From Macrostomum lignano (lineage: Eukaryota), in the NCBI GenBank assembly GCA_002269645.1, contig NIVC01004298.1, positions 1 to 51,402 of the forward strand: a DNA stretch of 51,402 nt, in the 5' to 3' direction. Of this stretch, positions 1 to 28,650 are shown one piece after another; the first letter of the stretch is position 1; the number at the start of each line of letters is the position of its first letter. The notes beneath the pieces were generated by a model, which did not search any database, was not told the DNA's origin, and worked only from the letters and a program-made list of their open reading frames with translations. The translations under genes were made by a program, and so were the position numbers.

Positions 1-381
1 TTCTTACCCCAGTCCCACTTCTTATCTTACCCAGTCCACAGACTTCTACCCCAGTCCCACAGACTTCTTACCCCAGTCCCACAGACTTCTTACCCCGTCC
101 CACTTCTTATCTACCCAGTCCCACAGATTCTTATCTACCCAGTCCCAAGACTTCTTACCCCAGTCCCACAGACTTCTTACCCCAGTCCCACTTCTTATCT
201 TACCCCAGTCCCACAGACTTCTTACCCCAGTCCCACTTCTTATCTTACCCCAGTCCCACAGACTTCTTACCCAGTCCACAGACCGTCTTACCCCGTCCCA
301 CAGACTTCTTACCCCAGTCCCACAGACTTCTTACCCCAGTCCCACAGACTTCTTACCCCAGTCACACACAGACTTCTTACC
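1..381. repeat. Minisatellite, ~22-bp unit CTTCTTACCCCAGTCCCACAGA (with a shorter CTTCTTAT variant), truncated by the window start
   Basis: Tandem copies are visible directly; many copies lack single bases. The array produces the spurious ORF 46..279. Confidence 0.95.
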
Positions 382-532
382 CTTAGTTGCTCCAAAAGCA
401 TACCATCACTTATTGATCCACAACGAATAAAATTCATGTTTTAAACCGCAAAATACCTTACATTTTACAGAATCTTGCCTCACTCCAAAAAATGTCTTTT
501 ACGAGCGTAGAAGCGCATCATCCCACTCAGTA

Positions 533-2765
533 TCAATCTCTGTCACTGCACATCTTCACCCCCGTTTTCATCAGGTCAGTCGAGCTGACAGTCAGCAGGT
601 TTACCAGGCCAGCCCTGTACTGCCGGGAGAACACAAAATAGATGGCCGGATTGGTGGCGCTGGGCAGCAGGTACAGCAGGTAGATTGCCACACACCAGGA
701 CATCCAGAGACGGGTTCAGCGCCACAGCGGCTGGATTGGTGAACAGGATGATCACGTAGATTGTCTTGGGCAGCTTGCAGAGGAAGAACACGGCAACAAT
801 GGTGATGAACATCTGCACGGTTCGCTTCCTGGCTCGGCTGGGTTGCTATGCGCCTTGGCGGCCGACTTCTTCGGATTGATCTTCGTAGTCTCGGTGGGCT
901 GCGGCAGTTTGCCCTCCTTGGCCTGTGCAGCTCCAGCTGCTTCTTGGCTGCGGCAACGTCGGCGGCTTCCTCGCCGCTGGCCGCCACCGGCAGCCTCGGA
1001 GGTGGCCTCGCTAGTCACGATGGTTGTGGTCGGTTCATCGCCGCGGCCGCGGCCTCGACCTCCTCCGCCTCCGCCGCCGCCGCCGCCGCCAGAGAACTCA
1101 ACGCCGAACTGTTGATGCTGCTGAGCAGTCGGGCGCTGACCCGGCCGTATGCGAAGGCCATGATGCCGAACGGGATCGCGTAGAGCAGAGCAACGCTGAC
1201 GCAATAGTAGATAAAGAAGAAATCCTTCAGCCGGCTGGTCACCTGGCACATCCGCGAGCTGCTGCTGTAGTTGAAAAAGTACAAATTCGGCAGGGCGAAG
1301 AACAGGGCGAATAGCCAGCAGCAGATGCTGACTACAATGTACCAGCGCTTCTTGCGGTTCTGCCTCTGGTTAGCGGGTACAGGATGGCCATGTACCTGTC
1401 GATGCTGATGATTAGCAGGATGCAGACGCTGCCAGCCAGTATGGTCACCTGGAGAACCTGCTGGAATTTGCACATCAACTGCGGGGTGGGAAGAAGGGGT
1501 GCTTCGGCGTTGCGTTTCGCGCGATTTACGTGACAGAGCGTCACTTTGTGCGCTTTGATGGCTCAATTGTTGGCATCTGAATGAGCCTTCAGCAGGTTCG
1601 TCAAAACACACCTGTCACTTGTATTCTTGTCAAATCGACAAGAGGAACGCTGGTATTTAGTAACAGGTATCCTTGAATTTCCGCCACAGATCTTAGAACT
1701 ACATGTACGCTCGTAGACTAGATTAGAATATACCGTGCTTTATTTTGAATCTTGATCGCAATCGCAAATTACTACCAGATTTTTCAGGTCAGAACAGATC
1801 AGAACTGTCGGTTTTAGTCACAGGCAAAAGCTCTTGATTTCGTTGGTACACGCCAACAATTTCTCGTTACCACTCACTGGTGCATTGCTGTAGGCGCTGC
1901 TGCTAGCCTGAAGGCTGCTCTCCAAGTAAGCCTGTAGGCCGCTGAACACGCCGACGCCGAAGTCCGCGACGGCCAGGTTGATAATCAGAATGTTGGTGAT
2001 AGACCGGCGCATGGTCTTGTTGGCCAGGATCACGCTAATCACCGTCACGTTGCCTGTCGCGGAAATTGAGGGGTAGAGATGGCTCAGCTAGAGGGATAAA
2101 GTGTGGCGCTAGCTGACGGATCGAGGGATAAGGTGTGGCGCTAGCTGACGGATTGATGGATAAGGTGTGGCGCTAGCTGACGATCGAGGGATAAGGTGAG
2201 GCGCTAGCTGACGGATCAAGGGTTAAGGGGTGGCGCTAGCTGACGGATCGAGGGATAAAGTGAGGCGCTAGCTGACGGATCAAGGGATAAAGTGAGGCGC
2301 TAGCTGACGGATCAATGGATAAAGTGAGGCGCTAGCTGACGGATTGAGGGGTAAAGTGTCGCGCTAGCTGACGGATTCATTGTTATGTATGATCAGGGGG
2401 TTCAGACAGAACAATGGCAGACGCTCACCCAGCAGGCAGCCGGTGCACAGGAAGCAATAAATTGCGATGACCGCCGCCTCCTTGGCGCTGTCATAGTTGT
2501 AGGCGAAGTCAGTGCCTGTGTAGTTGGTGCTGCTATTGAACTCTACTCGATCGTTCTGCCTGACGCAGTCCTTGACGTATTGATCCATAGCGGTGGCATT
2601 TTCGATAAGCCCCGGTATTGACCATGCCTTCAACTGGCACAGCTGCTCTATTGGTGAGGCTTCGCCGGTGGCTGCCCCGCCGCTGCCGCTGCCGCTGGCT
2701 GCATCGCCGCTGCTGTTGGCGCCGGCGCCGCCGCCACCTAGCAGCAGGCTCATCAAACCATCCAT
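533..2765 (-). CDS. Class A (rhodopsin-like) GPCR, probable peptide receptor; 3 exons, last exon broken by four frameshifts (assembly error or young pseudogene)
   Basis: Exons 2765-2429 (donor G|GTGAG), 2053-1878 (CAG|GC...CCA|GTGAGT) and 1478-533 (CAG|TTG). Motifs: TM1 GN, TM2 NLAVAD, TM3 C...SIDRY, TM4 W...P, TM5 YAIP, TM6 FFLCKLP, TM7 NPAIY, then FSRQYR. Frame changes near 1370, 1020-1110, 840 and 705. Restoring 5 nt gives 1464 nt, about 487 aa. Confidence 0.85.
2091..2377. repeat. 32-bp minisatellite (~9 copies) filling GPCR intron 1
   Basis: Unit GAGGGATAAGGTGTGGCGCTAGCTGACGGATC lies within intron 2054-2428. Confidence 0.95.
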
Positions 2766-3619
2766 ACAATGCTGCTGGATTGCTTCTAGAGAAACTGACA
2801 ACAATCTATACAGTTCTTCTTGTGTCTTGTGTATTGAAGCCGGCCTGATCTTGTTATAAAATATTTTGCATATACACTGGCTAAAAGGCCTGCTTGTTAA
2901 AATGATTTTTTGGTCTCATAATTTCTACCAATCGTTTTATTTACCCCCTTCACCCCCTAGCCCTCGCTCCACTGCCGAGCGTCGGCCAGTATGTACATTC
3001 GCCCCACCTAAAATGTACATTCAGCGACGCGTGAATTGAGCCAGTTTCGCTTGACTGGACTGTCGCTTCAGTTGAGGCTGACTGAGAATAATAAAAATTT
3101 AATTCAAGTTGATTGTTAAACAAAAGCTTATCAGGCCCGGTTCACGCTTCAATAATTGCTCTGATAGTTCGATAAGAGCAGACGCCTGATTTTTCCTCTG
3201 CTTTACAGAAAAATTCATAGCCGTTATCGAAAGTAATCGAATCATCTCGCACGCTTGAATTTACGATTAGCTAGCTATTTTCAATTGGTTTTACGCCCAC
3301 ACACCAACACAGCTGAAATTTTCAAAAAAATTATTCTATTGTTTAAGACGGTTGGCGAGCTCCGGCCTACGGGCCACATACGGCCAGCTAAGCCTCTCTA
3401 TCCGGTTCTCGGGTCTTTTGAAACTTCACAATCAGGTCCGATCAGGCTTTATGTCTCTTCTCATCTCTCTCTTCTCTCATCTCTTCTCTCCTCTATTCTC
3501 GATCCTTTCCTCTCTCTCATCTGGCCCGCAGCCATAAGCTTGCCAACCGCTACTTTAAACGAAGTTGACGAATGAAACGACTTTGTTTGCTTTTTTAGAG
3601 AAGGGGGATTGTGGGAAGT

Positions 3620-4065
3620 TGGAGGGGAGAGGCAAGAGAGTCGGAGGAGGGTAAGGGGAGAGGCGAGAGAGTCGGAGGAGGGTGAGGCGAGAGAGTCGGA
3701 GGAGGGTGAGGGGAGAGAGTGGGAAGAGGGAGGGGAGAGACTGGGAAGAGGGAGGGGAGAGACTGGGAAGAGGGAGGCGAGAGAGTGGGAAGAGGGAGGC
3801 GAGAGACTGGGAAGAGGGAGGGGAGAGACTGGGAAGAGGGAGGGAGAGTGGGAAGAGGGAGGGGAGAGACTGGGAAGAGGGAGGGGAGAGACTGGGAAGA
3901 GGGAGGGGAGAGTGGGAAGAGGGAGGGGAGAGACTGGGAAGAGGGAGGGAGAGACTGGAAGAGGGAGGGGAGAGTGAGAAGAGGGAGGGGAGAGGAGAGA
4001 GTGGGAAGAGGAAGGTGAGAGTGGGAGAGTGGAAACAGGGAGGGGGAGAGGGAGAGGAGAGAGAA
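3620..4065. repeat. Polypurine (GA-rich) tract including a 22-bp minisatellite GGGAAGAGGGAGGGGAGAGACT
   Basis: Tandem units at about 3715-3970. A CT-rich tract lies at about 3455-3520 on the same strand. This tract is the source of several low-complexity ORFs. Confidence 0.9.
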
Positions 4066-4533
4066 GGCAGGTCATGACCCCTATACCCTTTTTGGCTACG
4101 CATTTCGTTTCGTTTCTTGATAAATTTCTGGAAAATTAGCTACTGGTAATTGGCAGTTCGCTGCTACCTGTAGATTTCTTAGTTCTACAGGTCAGACTCC
4201 TGAGCTCCTAAGTTCCCAAAACCTACCAGGCTCAAGATTTCAATCAAGTTTAAGTGTTCTCTCTGGAAGTACTACTTTAAGTAAGAAGTGCACCAGCCAT
4301 AGGAAACGACTTTTATGCTAATGGGGGATGTATTAGTTCCTGTAGCCTAGTCGCCACTGCGACTTGGGCCCTATCCCCAACCGGTGCCTTTATACCAGTC
4401 ACCAATGCAGTGAAGCGATTCAGCTTGAAGAGTTACCAACCAGAGTGTATACAGCTCAACCTGGTTGCTTCAAAGCTCCTTCCTGGTCATGGTTTGCTGG
4501 GACCTACCTTCATCCCATCGTACTATCAATGAC

Positions 4534-5386
4534 TATGACTATGACTATGATAAGTACTTCCGGCGCCTCAGCCTAAGTAAAAAGGCTCTTACGCCACTAG
4601 AGATAATTTAGATTCCAGATTGGGAGTGTACTCATGTACACTAAAAGCCAATTAGACTATAGAGGACTATAGAGGGCAATAACATAAAATCCAAACCTCC
4701 CCGGGAGACAGTGACAGCGGTTCGACGAACCAGTCAGGAGCCCGTGCCCAAAAACCAGGTTAGAAGGCCCCTTAGCCTGTTAGGGATGGCCCGAAGGCCT
4801 AGAGCCGTGGCAACCATGCTGGGGCCGACCGCCCACCACCCCGGTATATATCAAAAACCTCCCCGGGGCCAGAGGGGTTGAGTGAACCATTCAGGGAAGC
4901 CCGTGCCTACTCCTGGGTTAGATAAGCCAATGCCGGTCATTTGACCGCCCCCCACGGCCGTGGCAACCCGAAGGAGCCTCCCCCCCAACTAAACCCGGGT
5001 ACTCTTGCCAACAGACAGTCTCTTATCTTTGAAGCGGCAAGAGGGCTAATCGCCGGGACTGTTTCACCCTTTGCTTCGCCAACCCGCCATTTCTATTGTG
5101 ACCGTGCCAACGGTCTCGTCCTGCTCAGACTCAGTCCTGGTTCTGGCACACTCCAGCTTTAATAGGGTCGCTGGCTGTACGCTCAGAGGGCGCCTGAGGG
5201 ATACCGTCAGAGCACCTTGGTACAGGTATAGGCCTGCCTTCCTATACAGCTACCCACAGCCCTTCCCGATCCACTATTACCCTCCAACCCAGCCTACTCA
5301 CTCATTACAAGCTTTCAGCCAGGCAGAGACAAGTTTCACAGGAGTGACTGCGGTTAGGCGTCTCTATGCGAGACAAAACCACGGCC
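4534..5386 (-). mobile_element. Putative non-autonomous retroposon (853 bp) with 15-bp target-site duplication and (TCATAG)n 3' tail
   Basis: Perfect direct repeat CGTACTATCAATGAC at 4519-4533 and 5387-5401. (GACTAT)n abuts the left copy at 4531-4550. No ORF of 60 aa or more on the minus strand. Internal ~160-bp diverged duplication. Confidence 0.6.
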
Positions 5387-7126
5387 CGTACTATCAATGA
5401 CAAATGTTTCAGCCCGTCATACAGACAAGTTAAGCCCTCTAAATAATCTACTTCTGACATTTTCCCGGACTAGACTACTAACAGTAGTGTACATGTAGTG
5501 TAGCAAAAAGTAGTGTAAATAATTAAATCCAGGCAAAAAAGTTATTGAAGCGACACTAATAACTATGCCCTATCACAAAAGTATCATATGCAACGAATCT
5601 AGCTGTAATAAAAAATGGACATGAAAAGAATACTAATAGTAGCTAGTACGTACCAATAGTTCTATGCGAGGCTGGCATATTATAGCAAAATTTTAAACAC
5701 TGAATTTGTCTCCATCAGACAAACACAACAGCTCCACCTCTGCAATGAATTTTTCAAAAAAAATTGCGACCGCGGTATTTATGAATGTTTCTAAGAACCG
5801 AAGTAAATTTTTTTCCTAAACAATTTTTGATGAATTATGAAATGGAATACGCTGGCAATGAATGCATTTACAGTTACTGGCAGTGCAATTAATAATTAAT
5901 TGTGCCGCATGTGGGATGCAGTTTTACACGTGGGTACTCGTATGCATGTGCGGCCACAACTACGGCACAGCAATGAAACATTATTTCTTGTAATAGTTCG
6001 TAGATAATTTCAAATTCACAGCATTGAATATTGAATATCGGACAGGGTATAATAAAAGAACCGGTTGCAATTACTGCCATGGACCCCAAATAGTCGATTT
6101 CCCAGACTGCAACTCAACGACTACTAAAATATATCATTTGTCTTTCAGAGGTACTTTGACAACTCCGGATGTCACACTCTCCAAGACGTTTGATTCAGTG
6201 CAGGCGTAGATGGAGGATTTGCTTGTCTGAAGTTTGGGAATTGTGAAATTTGTGGATGTGAAGTGTGAGGATGTACAGTGCGAGGATTTGAAATGTGGGA
6301 ATTGTAAGTTCGAATGTCACGGGGAGAATGCGAAATTCCACAGTTGCCTTCTAGTGGTCCCTGACCGGCCTCAACCGCTTGACTAACAAAAGTCCAAAAA
6401 GCTCTCAAGCAAAAGCGGATGCAAAAAGCGAAGCAAAGCACTGTTACAGTGTGACGGCGCTTACTGAAGTGATTGAAAAAGAGATAACCGGAGCTGGCGA
6501 TAACATGTACGAATGTTAGCGGCTAGATTAATCAGGTAAAAAATTTGGGGCGCAAAATATTTGATGCAGGTACAGGTATAGAAGATCACTGGGTGAAATC
6601 CACCATAGCAGTGCAAACAAAAATATTTTTAATAAATACACACGCGTTTTAAGCTTTTAATACAAAAATACCACTGCTTGTGCTCAAACTGGAGAGCAGT
6701 TTTGCCAAAGGCCGGTTTTTGTTGCAAAAAGCTTGGCAAAATTTTCCATATTCTTAGCACTAAATTACCAAACATGTTCCCTTCTGGACATCGAATTGAA
6801 AACCCTGTGTCTTGTTCGAGCTGCACTCACAAGTCCATCGATAAACAGTAAGATGATTTATTGAGAGTCCAGAAGGTGATATATTGTGCTGTAAAACAGA
6901 AAACTTCCTGGACTTAAAACTTGCAGCGAGAACCGGCCTATAGCGAAATTCGCACAGTTTGAGTGTAGCGTCCTGTTCTTATTGTCCATGAGCTGAGACC
7001 GGGACTCTGCTATTATAAATCGGGGTCGCTTCACTTTTCCAGTAAGTTGAAAGCTGAATTTTTTAGAAATTTAAATTTGTGCAGTTCGTTGCTAGGCAAC
7101 AATAAAATACTACTAGAGTTTGGAGC

Positions 7127-25025
<17,899 letters not shown>

Positions 25026-25869
25026 GGCGGCGCGGCAGCGATCAACCGTGCACGGCAGAGGCGCTGGGATATAGACTGGATGGAAACGGCAGGAGTCTTC
25101 TTCTCTCAGCCAATGGGAGCCGACTGCTCTGATTACCAATGCAAGAGGTGCAGATCTATGCAGTTCGCTTGTTTACAGCACAGACTGCCGCTGTTGCCTG
25201 TCCTTGGAGCAGGCTGAGCCCATTAATTTAGGGCCTTGTCTTAACTTGAGACAAATTTAATTCTCCATCGCCGAAACGCCTAATTTGAACAAATTCGCAG
25301 CCGAGGCTCGACTTGACTTGCACAACACGCCGGCTGCACACGCGAACTGTACTTTTCCCTGTTCTACACTGACTACACTAATCTGTGGGAAATCCGGACT
25401 GTCAGTTGGGGAGCCGCATTAATCAAGTTACCATTGAGCATGCGTGAGCGATTTGACAGCGAGGCGATGTCGCGCAGATGCTGGATGGGGCAATAAATCA
25501 ACGATGCAAATGATTTAAAAATTCCGTCAAAAACCTCTCGGAGAATGCTAGCATAAAAAGAGAATCGTGCCCGTGGACTCAGGAGGCTGCTGATTCACTG
25601 AAAAGTAATGTGATGAGAGCTGGCAAGTCTCCCCTGCCGTCATTAGCAAGTTCGGCTCGAGATCTACCCTATAATGAAGCAAAAAAAATTGATAGAGTTT
25701 TTTTGCTGTTTTTAATTAATTCTGAAAATTGATAAACACTTGGGAGGGCAAATTATTGAAAACAAGAAGTCAATTTAAAATATTTGGCTGGTTTGGGCCG
25801 GGCGTGACAAAGAAGGAAATTTTTAAATTGCCTTTCATTTTTGCCTGTGGAAAAACAGTCACGTGACTA

Positions 25870-26559
<690 letters not shown>

Positions 26560-26837
26560 CTCAAGTTCTAGATAACAAAACATGTGCTTAACACTCTGCT
26601 AGAAGTAGTCTTGAACAAAATCTAAAGTTTCCTACCTTCAAGTACGTTGAAATACGTATATCTCAATATTAGAACACACAGTCAACAAACTAGATGCCGA
26701 AGAGCAGAAATTATCAATAATGCAACAAAAGTATTTAAAGAAATGTTACAAACAATGAAAAATAGCACAACATTCTACCGTTGTGTTTGTTGTCAAGATT
26801 AGTTGATTTATTTTGAATAAGAACTGCAATATTGTCA

Positions 26838-27128
26838 AGACCCTACAACTGTCAAACCCTACAACTGTCAGACCCTATAACTCTTAGACTCTACAACTGT
26901 CAGACCCTACAACTGTCAGACTCTACAACTGTCAGACCCTACAACTGTCAGACCCTACAACTGTCAGACCCTACAACTCTTAGACCCTACAACTGTCAGA
27001 CCCTAAAACTGTCAGACCCTAAAACTGTCAGACCCTACAACTGTCAGACCCTACAACTGTCAGACCCTAAAACTGTCAGACCCTACAACTGTCAGACCCT
27101 ACAACTGTCAGACTCTACAACTGTCAGA
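26838..27128. repeat. 16-bp minisatellite CCCTACAACTGTCAGA (~18 copies)
   Basis: Direct observation; immediately 3' of the antistasin-like ORF. Confidence 0.93.
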
Positions 27129-27141
27129 GCCCTCCACACTG

Positions 27142-27795
27142 TCAGGCTCCGCCACTGTTCAGCTGGAAGCGCGAAGTCTCTCTAACCGTGGCGCCGTCCT
27201 CTTGCACGCAGTCGCAGGCGCAGGCCATCTCCGCGGCCTCGGCAGCCTGGCTGACGCGCCGCCTGCATCGACAGTCGCAGGCCTCCCTGGCCGAGCCGCG
27301 GCATTGACACAGCGGGCAGCCGTCCCCGGACTCCATTCGGTAGCCGAATTCCCGACACGACAGGCCGCAACCGCGGAGCCACTGGCAGCGAGGAGACGCA
27401 GGCGCGGTAGTTGTCGCTGCTGCCGCGGTTGTCGCAGTCGGCTGAGCAGTCAGCAGCCGGTCGGCCAAAGCGTTGAGTACGCTGCTCAGGTCGCTGGCTA
27501 GTTGACTCAACTTGGACACATCAGCGTCAGCGACTGCGCCTGGCAGCGCACTGTTGGAGTCTTTGTCTCTAACACTGCTGCTGCTGCTGCTGCTGCTGCT
27601 GCACATGCATTCGGGACAGCTGGCAGCCGCAGCGCCCGCCTGCACCAGCACGGCCGGGCGAACAGAACCGCAGGCAGTTTGGCAGGACGCCAAATTCCAT
27701 CGGCACGCTTTGGCAGACGGCGTCGGCGTGGACTGGCTGCCTACTACGAGTAGTTGCGGAAGCAGCAGCAGCACCACCACCGTTGGGAAATTCAT
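27142..27795 (-). CDS. Secreted cysteine-rich protein with antistasin-like module(s), 217 aa
   Basis: Signal peptide MNFPTVVVLLLLPQLLVVG. CQWLRGCGLSCREFGYRMESGDGCPLCQC fits the antistasin C-x-C-x3-C..G(Y/F)...GC..C.C pattern. A possible donor GTTAG near 27185 means the C-terminus could differ. Confidence 0.7.
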   Translation of the reverse strand: MNFPTVVVLLLLPQLLVVGSQSTPTPSAKACRWNLASCQTACGSVRPAVLVQAGAAAASCPECMCSSSSSSSSSVRDKDSNSALPGAVADADVSKLSQLASDLSSVLNALADRLLTAQPTATTAAAATTTAPASPRCQWLRGCGLSCREFGYRMESGDGCPLCQCRGSAREACDCRCRRRVSQAAEAAEMACACDCVQEDGATVRETSRFQLNSGGA

Positions 27796-28650
27796 TTTCT
27801 AATTTATAATTTGTCCTGATATGTGTAGAAAATATTTACGCAAGTAACTGTATTGTTTCTGCACAGACAAGTATTTTATTGATTTTTTAATGAGAGCCGC
27901 CTCTCAGCCATCTATGTACATTGAGGGACGAAGTTTAATGTACATAAGCTGAGCCACTTTTTTCACTCCCTGTCTTCTCTGCCCTCTACGCTCGTATCTC
28001 TCTTGGTGGCGGAATCCTGACCAATCGATGCGAAGCTACAATAAAGAATGTACACTGAAATAAAAGCTGAAATGTACATAGCCAAATAATCAATATCTAT
28101 GACCTTTGGTCAAACAAATTATCCTGTAAAATATTGCATGTAGTGAACGATTTTTAAGTGAGTGTTTTCATCTTCTCGTAAGCAGAGAAAAATTCAGTCT
28201 AGCTGACGAATGCTCAGGGTGTATATTTGAATGTTTTTATAAGTACATTCAGAAATACTCAAGGTTGCTATGGACAAATATCCGAATTCGAATAGCTCGT
28301 ATTAAAACCACAGTTTCAAATTCTCAACAATTACTTGGGTTTAATGCTATAAACACTGAATAGAAGGTTTAGTAGTTAAGGTGTTCTGATACTTGTGTAG
28401 GAAATTACTATTGAATGCTATTAAATATTTGTAAGCTGTCACCTGAATGGCTATGATTGTGACACCTCAGTATTCAAGAATAGCTGTAGGTAGAATATTA
28501 TGAAGAAATAACTTTTTGAAGAAGTCGGATTTTTATCACATTTCTAATAAATTACAGATGATAAATAAGAAAATATAAGAAGACTCAAATCCAGCAGCTC
28601 ATAGAGCAGTTCACAGTCAGTCTCTCGTGCCTAGCAACTGGCCTCCTCAC

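Noticed and set aside
1-381. C-rich terminal repeat as a telomere or subtelomere
   Set aside because: The unit is 22 bp (CTTACCCCAGTCCC), not (CCCTAA)n, and it lies 150 bp from a GPCR stop codon. The isolated TTAGGG in the 14066 array is also not telomeric.
4924-4938. GCCAATGCCGGTC resembling part of a twister ribozyme
   Set aside because: The flanking conserved twister elements (UAAC..., CCCAAGCCC, GAGGG in the right order) are absent, and the other module copy does not keep this sequence.
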